A DNA stretch of 64,000 nucleotides. It comes from Candidatus Obscuribacteraceae bacterium (GTDB lineage: Bacteria > Cyanobacteriota > Vampirovibrionia > Obscuribacterales > Obscuribacteraceae). Position 1 is the stretch's first letter. Every line of letters begins with the position of its first letter. The position numbers and the translations under genes were made by a program. The DNA lies in NCBI GenBank assembly GCA_044226015.1, contig JBGAHS010000001.1:352001-416000 (forward strand). The letters run 5' to 3'. The notes under the pieces were generated by a model. The model was not told where the DNA came from. It worked only from the letters and a program-made list of their open reading frames with translations, and did not search any database. Shown here one piece after another: positions 18,235 to 28,232 of the stretch.

Positions 18235-19332
18235 TTAGACCAATTCTGGTTCGTCTGGAACTTCTTTGCCCGCTTTGATTAGCTCTTCTCTATCGGCCAG
18301 CGGCAATCTAACAGTAAATGTAGAGCCTTTGTTGAGTTCGGACTCTAATTCGATGCCGCCGCCGTGAGCTTTAACAATCGCAAGCGCAATTGCTAACCCT
18401 AAACCTGTGCCACCACCGTAAACGCGGCTTCTAGTGCGCGATCTCTCGACCCGATAAAAGCGATCAAATATTCGTTGTTGGTCTGCCGGAGCGATACCAA
18501 TACCGGTATCAATCACTCGGATGATTGCTTCGTTATTATTGCATCTCAGTGTTACTGTGACCTTTCCTCCGCCTTGCGTAGCCTTGATTGCATTATTGGT
18601 AAGATTGAGGAAAATTTGTTTCAGCTTATCGAGATCTGCAAGCACCCATACAGGTTTTTGCGGCGTAATAAATTGAATCTCGATTTGCTCAGGTGCTATG
18701 ACCATTACTGTGTCTTCGACACCTTCCAATGCTTGCCGCAGATCAATAAGATTCTTTTGCGCTATCAAAGGTTGTCCAGCGTCGGCGCGCGCCAACTGAA
18801 GAAGGTCACTGACCAGGCGTATAAGTCTTCCGCTCTCATCAGAAATTGTTTGAAGTGCTTCCGATAACAAGGTGGAATCAATATTTGCACCACGTCTCTG
18901 CAGCAGTTTTGTGTAGCCTTGAATTGAGGTTAGCGGAGTTCTCAATTCATGACTTGCATCGCCAACGAACTGACACTGAATATTCAGTGATTCCTCAAGA
19001 CGATTGAGCAATCGATTAAATGCTTTTCTAAGTTCCATTATTTCAGCAGAGTCTGTCTGGTCGACTTCCAGTCGCTGCCTGATGTCCATCGATGCCAACT
19101 TATTGGTCGATGAAATCAAATCGGTAAGTGGAACCATGATTACACTTGCCAAATACCAGTTGTTTATTGCCAGTAAAGGTAAAAGAGGAATGTACCAGAG
19201 GAGATCAATTAGATTGAAACCATGTAAGCGGCAAGCGATCACGTGACAAATGATTATTGGCACGATGCTGTTTACGGTCATGACTATTGCCATGCGACCG
19301 CGAACTGTATTTGACCACTTTAGCCGGCTCAT
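18235..19332 (-). CDS. HAMP-domain sensor histidine kinase
   Basis: DASHELRTPLT, NLTNNAIK, DTGIGI, FDRFYR, GGTGLGL. Confidence 0.95.
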   Translation of the reverse strand: MSRLKWSNTVRGRMAIVMTVNSIVPIIICHVIACRLHGFNLIDLLWYIPLLPLLAINNWYLASVIMVPLTDLISSTNKLASMDIRQRLEVDQTDSAEIMELRKAFNRLLNRLEESLNIQCQFVGDASHELRTPLTSIQGYTKLLQRRGANIDSTLLSEALQTISDESGRLIRLVSDLLQLARADAGQPLIAQKNLIDLRQALEGVEDTVMVIAPEQIEIQFITPQKPVWVLADLDKLKQIFLNLTNNAIKATQGGGKVTVTLRCNNNEAIIRVIDTGIGIAPADQQRIFDRFYRVERSRTRSRVYGGGTGLGLAIALAIVKAHGGGIELESELNKGSTFTVRLPLADREELIKAGKEVPDEPELV

Positions 19333-19371
19333 CTTGCTCCTCCCGGCAGCATTTTAACGCTGTATATGGAT

Positions 19372-20160
19372 CTATGGCAGTTTGAGTAAGCTCAAATATG
19401 CTTCATGCAATTTACCATTGCTAACCAGGCAATGCCCCGAATAAATTGATGGATTGCCTCTCAGGTCTGTGAATTTCCCACCAGCCTCTTCTGCAATTAT
19501 TTTCATGGGCGCGAAATCCCACGGTTTTAAACCGACTTCAATCATTGCTTCTGCTTTCCCTTCAAAAACAAAAGAGAAGTCAAGGTAATCGCCGAGCCCT
19601 CGCTGTCTATAGCTTTGGCGAATAGCCTCGGTGAACCCATTCCAGGGACCCTTTTCTAGAATTCGATTAATTCCCCCAAACAAAAACATGGAGTTTTCGA
19701 TTTCAGATATTTTCGATACGCAAATGGACTGGCCGTTTCGGAAAGCGCCAGCGCCTCGGGCAGCGTAGAAAATTTCTTCGTTTGAAGGGTTGTAAACAAC
19801 ACCTAGTTCGACTTCTCCATCGATTTCAAGAGCGAGTAAGACAGAGAATATCGGAATTCCGCGTGAGAAGTTGTAGGTGCCATCTATCGGATCGATGATC
19901 CATTTTCGATTGGATTTAAAAGCCTGAAGGCTTTCACCCTCCTCCTCACCCAATAACGCATCATTGGGGAATTTAGAGCTGATTCTGTTTCTGATTTGTG
20001 TTTCACATTGCTCATCAGCAATAGTTACCGGAGTGTTGTCTGGCTTCTTCGTGACCTGAACTCCACGATTGAAGTGAAACATTGCAAGTTGTCCCGCGTC
20101 CTTGCAAAGCTCAAGTGCGAATTCCAGCTCTTCTTTCAAAGCGCATTCTGGAACACTCAT
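19372..20160 (-). CDS. Inositol monophosphatase family, histidinol-phosphate phosphatase (HisN)-like
   Basis: KPDNTPVTIAD, GEE, WIIDPIDGT, PWDFAP. Confidence 0.88.
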   Translation of the reverse strand: MSVPECALKEELEFALELCKDAGQLAMFHFNRGVQVTKKPDNTPVTIADEQCETQIRNRISSKFPNDALLGEEEGESLQAFKSNRKWIIDPIDGTYNFSRGIPIFSVLLALEIDGEVELGVVYNPSNEEIFYAARGAGAFRNGQSICVSKISEIENSMFLFGGINRILEKGPWNGFTEAIRQSYRQRGLGDYLDFSFVFEGKAEAMIEVGLKPWDFAPMKIIAEEAGGKFTDLRGNPSIYSGHCLVSNGKLHEAYLSLLKLP

Positions 20161-20236
20161 GTGATTTCCCGTTTTTCTGACTGAGAACTAAAGACGAGAG
20201 ACTGATCTTGTCCCATGACTACTTTACATAGCTAAA

Positions 20237-20275
20237 CGGAAGCTCCCGCCAGCGATTGCCAGGCGAGAGCTTCCG
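20237..20275. terminator. Stem-loop between the SLH gene and the hisN-like gene
   Basis: CGGAAGCTCCCGCC...GGCGAGAGCTTCCG inverted repeat. Confidence 0.55.
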
Positions 20276-20311
20276 AGGAGATCAGGCCGAATAGAGCTAC
20301 CTTGGTCCTTA

Positions 20312-20890
20312 TTAGAACAAGTAGGTGTAGATGGCGCGTGCTCCGCGACCAACGCCCACCCCTATGTCTCTAATGTCGATGAATGTCCCTTTTACGAGAC
20401 GCTCATACAAGAAACCTTTTTGCCTTTCAGCATAAGCAAGTCTCATGTCTTGTTCGATGTTCTTTTCTTCGACTGCTTTCATTCGTCTTTCTAGATCATC
20501 GACACGAGCCTTGAGTTGATTTAGTTCACCACGGAACTCTTCAAGAAGAGCTGCAAACTTTTCCAAGTCAGCTTTATCAGCCTTTTGAGCCAAACGCTCA
20601 GCCACACATTGTTCGTACTTGTAGAGAGCTGCTGCCAGCTCAAAACGTGTTGTGGACTTTTGTCCACGGTATGTGCGGTCCGGATATCCTACCAGTACGT
20701 GGCAGGGATTGTTAACAAGATCTTTCAACGCATTGTATGCCCACTCGTTGCCTACAACGTCGGTGAGTTCACTGACGTTTTGTGCGCCCTGAGCATTCGC
20801 CGGCGTAATAGTAAAAACAGTGCTTGCACCTAGTGCAACAACAACTGCAGAAAGCAAGGTTGCCAACCTTTTCTTCATACCAGTTATCAC
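20312..20890 (-). CDS. Secreted S-layer homology (SLH) + coiled-coil protein resembling the N-terminus of cyanobacterial porins
   Basis: Signal peptide; VSELTDV...WAYNAL..LV....VGYPDRTYRG...TRFELAAAL, then LLEEFRGEL..LKARVDDLE. Confidence 0.85.
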   Translation of the reverse strand: MITGMKKRLATLLSAVVVALGASTVFTITPANAQGAQNVSELTDVVGNEWAYNALKDLVNNPCHVLVGYPDRTYRGQKSTTRFELAAALYKYEQCVAERLAQKADKADLEKFAALLEEFRGELNQLKARVDDLERRMKAVEEKNIEQDMRLAYAERQKGFLYERLVKGTFIDIRDIGVGVGRGARAIYTYLF

Positions 20891-21494
20891 TCCCGTAAAT
20901 AATTGACCTGACTCCTACGAAGAGCAATATACCCCAAGTGCTTCGGTGATTAGTAGTAGATTGATCAGTAAAAGTAACCCATCTATGTACGATAAGCTCA
21001 AGATGCAGTGTAGGAGCTGATGTCGAACGGCTTAAATAACATTAATAAATTAACATCAGTGTTGACGATATATGCAATGCAAATCTGGAAAGCCCTGTCA
21101 TGAGCCTTGTTTCCGTGTTCTGTGTTCTTGACGAGTCCATGGATTTTTGTTGTGCGACCGATAAATCACTGTCCAAAAACTAGCGAGGATGCAGCTTTTG
21201 GCAGTCATCAGAAATCAAGCGAATCGGAGAAATCAAGTGATGCGTGACACCGCCGACGGTGCAGTCTGTGGTGGTCAAGTGTCCGGTATCACGCGTGGTA
21301 TCAAGGAGCGTCTGCGTTTTCGGCGTTTTGCTCTGCACCACTTTCGCTGACGCTGACATTTAGAGAATGCTCTCTCTTGGGCAAGACATTGCACACAATA
21401 AGATGAGCATGTTTACTATTAAGAGATAGAAGGATCCTGAGGATTCAAGACGCGTTGCTAAACTTCTAGTAGAAAAGCAGGAGTTATTTGTCAT

Positions 21495-22232
21495 ATGGTT
21501 GCCCAAAAGTTGCGGATTGCTCATTTATACGCTCACTTCCTCAACATATATGGTGATAGGGGAAACATAGTCAGTCTTGTAAAACGATGTCAGTGGCGTG
21601 GCATTGAAGTCGAAGTCAAACCTACCTTGCTGAATGAAAAAATCGATCCTGAATATTTCGACGTTTACTTCATTGGTGGCGGGCAAGACAAACAGCAACA
21701 AGTGATCGCTGAGGATTTACTTGCACAAAAAGAGGCGTTGCGTAGATCTATAGAAGGGGGCGCAGTCATTCTTGCAATTTGTGGCGGTTACCAGTTGCTC
21801 GGGCATTACTATCGACCGCATGAAGGTCCAGAGTTGAAAGGAATATCACTTGTTGACGTGCATACGGTTGCTGGAAATAGAAGGATGATCGGCAACGTTC
21901 TAATTAAGCGAGAAGATGGCAGCACCCTAGTAGGATTTGAAAATCACAGCGGCAAGACATTTCTTGGCAAGGATTGTTCACCATTGGGAACTGTTGTGAC
22001 GGGAAATGGCAACAATGGTGAAGACGGTAAAGAGGGTCTTGCTCAGCGGGTTGGAAGCGGCATGGTTTATGGAACCTATTTACACGGTTCGTTGCTTCCT
22101 AAGAATCCTGAGTTCGCCGATGAGATAATCAAGCATGGACTGCAACGTCGTCATGGCAATGTGGACTTGGCAAGGCTTGACGACCACACCGAACAGAGAG
22201 CTCATGAATACGCCAGTTCTCTTAAAGCTTAG
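21495..22232 (+). CDS. Type 1 glutamine amidotransferase, GatD/CobQ-like
   Basis: NIYGDRGN, GGGQD, AICGGYQLLG, GFENH, GTYLHG.LLPKNP. Confidence 0.9.
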   Translation: MVAQKLRIAHLYAHFLNIYGDRGNIVSLVKRCQWRGIEVEVKPTLLNEKIDPEYFDVYFIGGGQDKQQQVIAEDLLAQKEALRRSIEGGAVILAICGGYQLLGHYYRPHEGPELKGISLVDVHTVAGNRRMIGNVLIKREDGSTLVGFENHSGKTFLGKDCSPLGTVVTGNGNNGEDGKEGLAQRVGSGMVYGTYLHGSLLPKNPEFADEIIKHGLQRRHGNVDLARLDDHTEQRAHEYASSLKA

Positions 22233-22244
22233 TGGGACATTCAA

Positions 22245-22946
22245 TTGAAAAAACTTACTATTCTCATCCCCGTTTACAATGAAGTAAAGACTCTCGTCCA
22301 GGTGCTGGAGGCTGTTTCAAATGCCGACACTGTCGGGCTAGAAAAAGAATTGATTCTTGTTGACGACGGGTCGACTGATGGCACAAGAGACTTGATGAAA
22401 ACTCTTGATGCTGACAAGTACAGCGCAAAAATCTATTTTCACGAGAAAAATCAAGGAAAGGGTGCTGCTCTTCGTACCGGTCAGGGGTACGCGACTGGCG
22501 ACATCATAATGATTCAGGACGCTGACCTCGAATACAGCCCTGACGAGTACCCAGGCTTGCTAAGACCTATTATCGAGGGGAAGGCTGATGTGGTTTATGG
22601 CTCGAGGCTCAGCGGAGGCAAAACTACCAGGGCTTTCAAGTTCACCCATTACGTCGGCAATAAGTTCTTGAGCTTTCTAACAAATTTGCTTTACGACTGC
22701 ACGCTCACTGACATGGAGACCTGTTACAAGGTTTTCAAAGCTGAAGTCTTCAAGAAAGTGACTATTAAATCGAACCGCTTTGACTTTGAGCCGGAAATTA
22801 CAGCTAAGGTTCTCAAGCAAGGGGTTCGAATTTACGAACTTCCCATCTCTTACTATGGGCGTGACTATGCCGAAGGCAAGAAAATTACATGGGTGGATGG
22901 GTTCGGGGCAATCGCTGCCCTGGTGAGATTTCGATTCTTTGATTAA
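22245..22946 (+). CDS. Glycosyltransferase family 2 (polyprenol-phosphate glycosyltransferase-like)
   Basis: [35 protein letters not shown]. Confidence 0.93.
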   Translation: MKKLTILIPVYNEVKTLVQVLEAVSNADTVGLEKELILVDDGSTDGTRDLMKTLDADKYSAKIYFHEKNQGKGAALRTGQGYATGDIIMIQDADLEYSPDEYPGLLRPIIEGKADVVYGSRLSGGKTTRAFKFTHYVGNKFLSFLTNLLYDCTLTDMETCYKVFKAEVFKKVTIKSNRFDFEPEITAKVLKQGVRIYELPISYYGRDYAEGKKITWVDGFGAIAALVRFRFFD

Positions 22947-23080
22947 AACTGACCGAAAAGTCAGGGTTTTGGATAGACACAAACCTTTCCACGACAATTT
23001 AAGTTTCATTTATTTTCACTTTCGGGTACACTGATGTCATGTGGTGAGCTTCGGCTCGGTTTACTAGGGTTATAAAAACG

Positions 23081-23572
23081 ATGAAACAGCTAATCGCGAT
23101 TTTGGGTCTTTCGATTCTCACAGTCAGCTTGCCTGCGCAGGCTCAGTATCATCAGAACTACGGCGGTAGCCGTGTAACTCATCAAAATCAAACAGGTTTA
23201 TTTCATTCCGACCCGAGCTATATCAGTGCGGGCACGATGAGCCGTTCAGCTCAGGGCAAGGCCGCCGGTATGTCTACTGGTGGGCTTCCTAATACTAGCT
23301 GGGGCGGTTACATCAGAAATCCGGGCGATGACATTTACACCGGAAACAACGGCGCCATGCGCATGCAGAATGGTTCGATGGTTTATGGTGATGAAATCAT
23401 GCGGGCTAATCAAATGGCAGCAATGAAGCAGCAACAAATGATGTATCGTAATCGCATGCGCCAGATGCAAAATATGCAACAGCCACAGGGCAACTTCTAC
23501 GTGCCTGGCTCTAACGGCGGAGCCGCCAACTACGGTGCCGGTGGCGCTGCAAGCTACGGAAGCTACAGGTAG
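23081..23572 (+). CDS. Secreted low-complexity Gly/Gln/Met/Tyr-rich protein
   Basis: Signal peptide ending PAQA; low-complexity body. Confidence 0.75.
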   Translation: MKQLIAILGLSILTVSLPAQAQYHQNYGGSRVTHQNQTGLFHSDPSYISAGTMSRSAQGKAAGMSTGGLPNTSWGGYIRNPGDDIYTGNNGAMRMQNGSMVYGDEIMRANQMAAMKQQQMMYRNRMRQMQNMQQPQGNFYVPGSNGGAANYGAGGAASYGSYR

Positions 23573-23629
23573 CTACAGGTCTACAGGTAGCTACAGGTAG
23601 CTACAGGTAGCTACAGGTAACTACAGGTA
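23561..23629 (+). repeat. 10-bp tandem repeat (AG)CTACAGGT, 7 copies, spanning the stop codon
   Basis: AGCTACAGGT AGCTACAGGT CTACAGGT AGCTACAGGT AGCTACAGGT AGCTACAGGT AACTACAGGT. Confidence 0.93.
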
Positions 23630-23646
23630 CTGCTGTTGAACTTTGG

Positions 23647-23681
23647 GGCGTGTCTTTCTCGGAAGGCGCGCCTTTTGTTTT
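23647..23681 (+). terminator. Intrinsic terminator
   Basis: GGCGTGTCTTTC-TCG-GAAGGCGCGCC followed by TTTTGTTTT. Confidence 0.65.
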
Positions 23682-23845
23682 GCACTAATTCCGTGATTGC
23701 GTTAAAACCGTTTTCTCTGGGGTCCTGCTTGCTCTTGTCCTATATAAGTTGTGCAACGGACCATGATTAGGTCAAGATGATAAACTGGCAGCAAATCGAG
23801 TATGAGCGCTAGTCCAAGCGCCCATCTTTGTAGCTTTTAGGTGAG

Positions 23846-25054
23846 GTGCTTGTGAAGATAGTCGTTTTGGGTGCAGGTGCGATGGGCCAGGTTACGATTC
23901 GCGATTTGTGTGAATCGGCGGCCGTAAAGGAAGTCCTGATTGCTGATTTGAATCTGGATCGAGTTGAGTATCTAAGAAAACTCTTTGGAAGCTCGAAGCT
24001 GAAAACCGCCAAAGCTGATGTTACCGACATTGAGGGACTTGCATCCATTCTCAACGGGTACGAGGCGGTAATAAATTGCTCGCCCTACATATTCAATTTG
24101 AATGTCATGGAAGCGGCTCTAAAAGCAGGTTCTCATTATCTTGATCTCGGTGGTCTTTTCCATTACACAAGAAAACAAATGGAATTGCACAAATCTTTCG
24201 AAGCGAAAAATTTGCTTGCCGTACTTGGTATGGGCGCCGCACCGGGCATGACAAATGTTATGGCAGCAGCCGCTGCTAATGATTTTGATGAAGTTGATTA
24301 CATTGATATTTATGCTGCATCTGTGGATTTGATTGCAAATGAGCATCCGTTCTTGCCTCCATATGCTCTCGATACTATTCTCGATGAGTACTTCCTCAAA
24401 CCATTTGTGTTCGAAGCGGGCGAATTCAAGGAAGTCGAACCCATGTCAGGTGAACAGGTTCTCGACTTTCCTCACCCGGTAGGACGCGCATCTTCGTTTT
24501 TGACTTTGCATTCTGAGGTTGCGACTCTTCCTTTGAGTTACAAGAGCAAGGGCATAAAAAGGGTGACCTATCGTCTTGGTTTGCCGACTGTGTTTCACGT
24601 AAGATGCAAATTTCTTGTCGACCTTGGCTTTGGAACAAAGGAGAGTGTCAAAATTGATGGTGTTGAGTTCAAGCCGCGCAAAATTCTGCAAGCGATGATT
24701 GATCAGCATCCTGTTCCTGAGCTTGACCCAGATGATTGTGAAGTTGTTCGTGTCGATATTGGCGGACGCAAAGGCGGAAGACAGGTGCTCAGTAGGCTTG
24801 AAACCACTGTCCTGGCACACAAAGAATGGAAAGTATCTTGTGGTGCGCTCGATACAGGTGTGCCACCGTCTATAGTGGCGCAAATGATTTGCTCGGGGCA
24901 AGTAAAGGCACGCGGAGTTCATGCCCCTGAGACTTGTGTTCCTCCACAACCATTCTTCGAAGAGCTAGCTAAACGAGGAATGGAGATGCGACGAATAACC
25001 GACGAAGTGCTTGCTAGCTCTTGCCAAAATAGGAAGCAAGAAGTCCAAGTCTAG
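23846..25054 (+). CDS. Saccharopine dehydrogenase family oxidoreductase
   Basis: VLGAGAMG Rossmann motif, HYLDLGG, GMGAAPGMTN, LHSEVATLP. Confidence 0.88.
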   Translation: MLVKIVVLGAGAMGQVTIRDLCESAAVKEVLIADLNLDRVEYLRKLFGSSKLKTAKADVTDIEGLASILNGYEAVINCSPYIFNLNVMEAALKAGSHYLDLGGLFHYTRKQMELHKSFEAKNLLAVLGMGAAPGMTNVMAAAAANDFDEVDYIDIYAASVDLIANEHPFLPPYALDTILDEYFLKPFVFEAGEFKEVEPMSGEQVLDFPHPVGRASSFLTLHSEVATLPLSYKSKGIKRVTYRLGLPTVFHVRCKFLVDLGFGTKESVKIDGVEFKPRKILQAMIDQHPVPELDPDDCEVVRVDIGGRKGGRQVLSRLETTVLAHKEWKVSCGALDTGVPPSIVAQMICSGQVKARGVHAPETCVPPQPFFEELAKRGMEMRRITDEVLASSCQNRKQEVQV

Positions 25055-25182
25055 GTAGTGTGGTCAAATACGCAGTGTTAGATCCACCTCTTGGTAATTA
25101 CCTTTACTAAAGTTGGATCTAGAAATAAGTCTATTTTATAATTGTTCCAATTAATTCCCAATTATGGCATCTTGCATCTGAA

Positions 25183-26142
25183 ATGCATCGCCGTCAGAGG
25201 CTAAGCGGACACTTGGAAAAGCTAGATTCTAGTAAGGCTAATGCAGGCGCAAAGCGCTCATGGTGGGTGCTTGAGTTCGATGTCGATGCTGCTCATGAAG
25301 ACATGGCTTCATGGCTGATGATTCACATCGGAGCGAATGGTTGTCAGTTTATAAACAGTGAAAACGGAATTGTGACGCTGCAAGCAAGCTTTGAGGAAGA
25401 TCGAATCACCCCCGATAATTTGCAAGCTGTCTATGCCTCGCTAGACGAATATGGTTTAGGTGCGGTCGCCGGAACGATTCGAGTCAATAAGTTAGAAGAA
25501 GAAGATTGGTTAGCTGAATGGAAGAAAGGCATGACGCCTTTGCGTCTCGGCGAACGGTTTCTTGTTAGCCCTCCGTGGTTCGAAGGAAAGATTGCCGAAG
25601 AAGATTTGGCAGGGCGAAACGTAATTTGGATTGAGCCTGGTATGGCTTTTGGTACTGGCTTTCATGCCACGACTCAGTTTTGCATGCAAGCAATTGAGTC
25701 GCATCTGTCATCTTTGAGCAAGAAAAAATTGGAAGTTTTGGATGTCGGCACGGGGTCCGGAATTTTAGCAATAGCAGCAGCTCAGCTACTCCCAGATGCA
25801 CATATTCTTGCAGTTGAAATCGACCCAACTGCATGTAAGGTCGCAGAAGAGAATTTGGTACTTAATAAGGCCGACCATCAAGTTGAGCTTATCGAAGGCA
25901 GCACCGAGAAAGTGCAAGGCAAGAAGTTCGACGCAATATTGTCCAATTTGACTTGCGAAGATAACGTGGCGTTATTGAAGGAATATGAGGAAATGTTGTT
26001 GCCGGGCGGCAAGCTCATTCTCTCTGGTATTTTATTGGAGAAGAAACCGATTATAGAAGCTGCTATAAATCAGTATGCGCTGCGAATTGTCGAGCATCAG
26101 GCGCGTGAGATTTGGTCTGGACTTGTTGTTGAGCGTGTTTGA
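25183..26142 (+). CDS. prmA: Ribosomal protein L11 methyltransferase
   Basis: EEDW..EWK, IEPGMAFGTGFHATT, VLDVGTGSGILAI, LILSGIL. Confidence 0.93.
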   Translation: MHRRQRLSGHLEKLDSSKANAGAKRSWWVLEFDVDAAHEDMASWLMIHIGANGCQFINSENGIVTLQASFEEDRITPDNLQAVYASLDEYGLGAVAGTIRVNKLEEEDWLAEWKKGMTPLRLGERFLVSPPWFEGKIAEEDLAGRNVIWIEPGMAFGTGFHATTQFCMQAIESHLSSLSKKKLEVLDVGTGSGILAIAAAQLLPDAHILAVEIDPTACKVAEENLVLNKADHQVELIEGSTEKVQGKKFDAILSNLTCEDNVALLKEYEEMLLPGGKLILSGILLEKKPIIEAAINQYALRIVEHQAREIWSGLVVERV

Positions 26143-26145
26143 GAA

Positions 26146-27915
26146 GTGAAGATGGAACCCGACGACAGTCAATCAAAAGGCAAGCAATTAGGCTCAGAAG
26201 ATTTGGAAAAAATCGCTGGCGAAATGTCAGAGGCGTTGATCAAAAATCCTCGCTTGATGGATGAGCTTTCGTCGCGATTGCCAACAGAGTTCAGTTTTGT
26301 ATTGCGTCAATTGCCTCACGATCAGGAGGCAATGGAAACTTTCGTTTCTGCGATTATGCCTCTGCTCGAAAAAGAAAAGCGCTTGAGCGAAAAAATGAAC
26401 GAGGGTGACAAAATTGATTTCTTCCTCGACTTGATGGACAAACCCGAATTTATCAATTGGATAATTCAAGCAATTACTGGTAAAGATGCGGCGGAGATTC
26501 AAGAGTTCGGCTCGCCAACGTGGTTGAGTAAATCACAAAAAGGCGCAGATTTGCTTGAGCAAAGACAGTTTGAAGAGGCAAAAGATTTGCTCTTGCAAGC
26601 CCTCGAAGAATGCGATCGCGACCGTCCTAACAGTTTGTGGAGTTTTGCTATTCTTCGTGCTTTGGCTGTCGCTTGCGGCGGCGCGGGCGATGTTGATCGG
26701 CTTGAGCCACTTCTTAAAAGATGGATTGATTCTGCTGAAAGCAAATTGGGTGGATGGCACCCAGAGCTGGCCTATCCCTATTCTATGATGGCTCTGGTTC
26801 GTGAAGAAAATGGAAATCTTGTTGAGGCTGAGACTTTATACAAAAAAGCTGTAGCCATTCTTGAGCGCTCTGAGGGACCTCAAGACGAAGACCTGATGAA
26901 CTCTATTCATGAGCTGGGGTTCTTCTACTTTAGGCAGAAGCGATTCGATGAGGCTCGACCTTTACTAAAGCGCGTGTTGGAAACACTTGAGAGCATCGGA
27001 CAAGTTGAAGAAATCAAAATTGAATATCTCGAAGCACTCGCCGTAATGGACGCTGAGGAAGGCAAGTTTGAGAGTATAGAGGGATATTGTCGGAGAATTC
27101 TCACTTTTTGCGAGCAAAATCCTGCCGAGTTTGAAGATTCCTGGTATCCGTTGGGCTTGCTGGCTTGTTCGTTTTTGGCTAAAGACAAATTCGGTGAGGC
27201 CGCCGTTGCCTTCGATGTGGTTCTTGAAAAAATGCAAGCTGCCACCATTGAAGACAATGAGAAGTTGGCTCTGGTATTGAATTCTTATATAGATTTGCTG
27301 AAGGCTAAGGGGCGCGAGCGAGAAGCTTCTTTGGTAAATGCGCAGGCTCAGAGAATCGTTTATCAAGAACTGGAAATCAAAACTCAGACCGATGAAATTG
27401 TTTCGGATGAACTTCCAATTGAAATCGTTGCGTATAGTTTTTATCGTCTGGCAGGAAACGACGCCGCTGATGCTTGGAAATTTATGGATCCCGAAGAGCG
27501 TGATCAGAAGCTCAGGCAAGTGCTGGTTTCTTCTCTCCAGGCTTTCTTCATCAGCACTGATTTCTTGAGAATATGTACCGATTTCAAAGAAATTGAAGAG
27601 GAGTTTCAAGATATCATTTCGTCTCATCCCGATCTCAAAGGACTGGAAGTCGTTTTCCAGTTTCGAGAGTTCAGTGATAAAGGTGGGTTCTTGCAGATAT
27701 TGGGTAAACTTCAACGAGCCATTCAGCTTTCATCGTCGGGTCAAAGTGATGAAGCAGAATCTCTGTACGAGGAGTCGCTGAATGATTCAATGCGCTTTCC
27801 GCGTTCTGATTTGAATAAATATGTCAAAGAGATCTTCATCGATTACCTCGTGAATTCTGGTCAGGAAGACCGAGCAAGTGACCTTCGTCGGCAGGATGAG
27901 TCTGAGTCTGATTAG
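26146..27915 (+). CDS. Acidic tetratricopeptide-repeat protein
   Basis: Kinesin-light-chain-like TPRs (AETLYKKAVAILE, ARPLLKRVLE). Confidence 0.8.
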   Translation: MKMEPDDSQSKGKQLGSEDLEKIAGEMSEALIKNPRLMDELSSRLPTEFSFVLRQLPHDQEAMETFVSAIMPLLEKEKRLSEKMNEGDKIDFFLDLMDKPEFINWIIQAITGKDAAEIQEFGSPTWLSKSQKGADLLEQRQFEEAKDLLLQALEECDRDRPNSLWSFAILRALAVACGGAGDVDRLEPLLKRWIDSAESKLGGWHPELAYPYSMMALVREENGNLVEAETLYKKAVAILERSEGPQDEDLMNSIHELGFFYFRQKRFDEARPLLKRVLETLESIGQVEEIKIEYLEALAVMDAEEGKFESIEGYCRRILTFCEQNPAEFEDSWYPLGLLACSFLAKDKFGEAAVAFDVVLEKMQAATIEDNEKLALVLNSYIDLLKAKGREREASLVNAQAQRIVYQELEIKTQTDEIVSDELPIEIVAYSFYRLAGNDAADAWKFMDPEERDQKLRQVLVSSLQAFFISTDFLRICTDFKEIEEEFQDIISSHPDLKGLEVVFQFREFSDKGGFLQILGKLQRAIQLSSSGQSDEAESLYEESLNDSMRFPRSDLNKYVKEIFIDYLVNSGQEDRASDLRRQDESESD

Positions 27916-28232
27916 CTGCCTGCAATATTTCACTTTCATGTCAGTTGGTATTGATAAATTGCAGTAACGATTGGGCTGCTTTTTTGCTCCGCTCAATCTT
28001 GTTTGCTAACGACAATGAGCCGGAACCGCTTAAAGAAAGGGTGGTTCGGAGGATGAGGCTAAAAATTGCTTTTGATGAATTCGGTCTAAACCCTTGGGAC
28101 GCAAGGCTTTTGGAAGTTGATTCTGTGATTCATTTAATGCGGTTTCCCCCATTCTTTTCCTGAATCTTTCGGGCACTTTAGTTAGACTCAGATGTCAGTT
28201 GGTTGGGAAGTTCTGATTGGAGTCTTAGGGAC

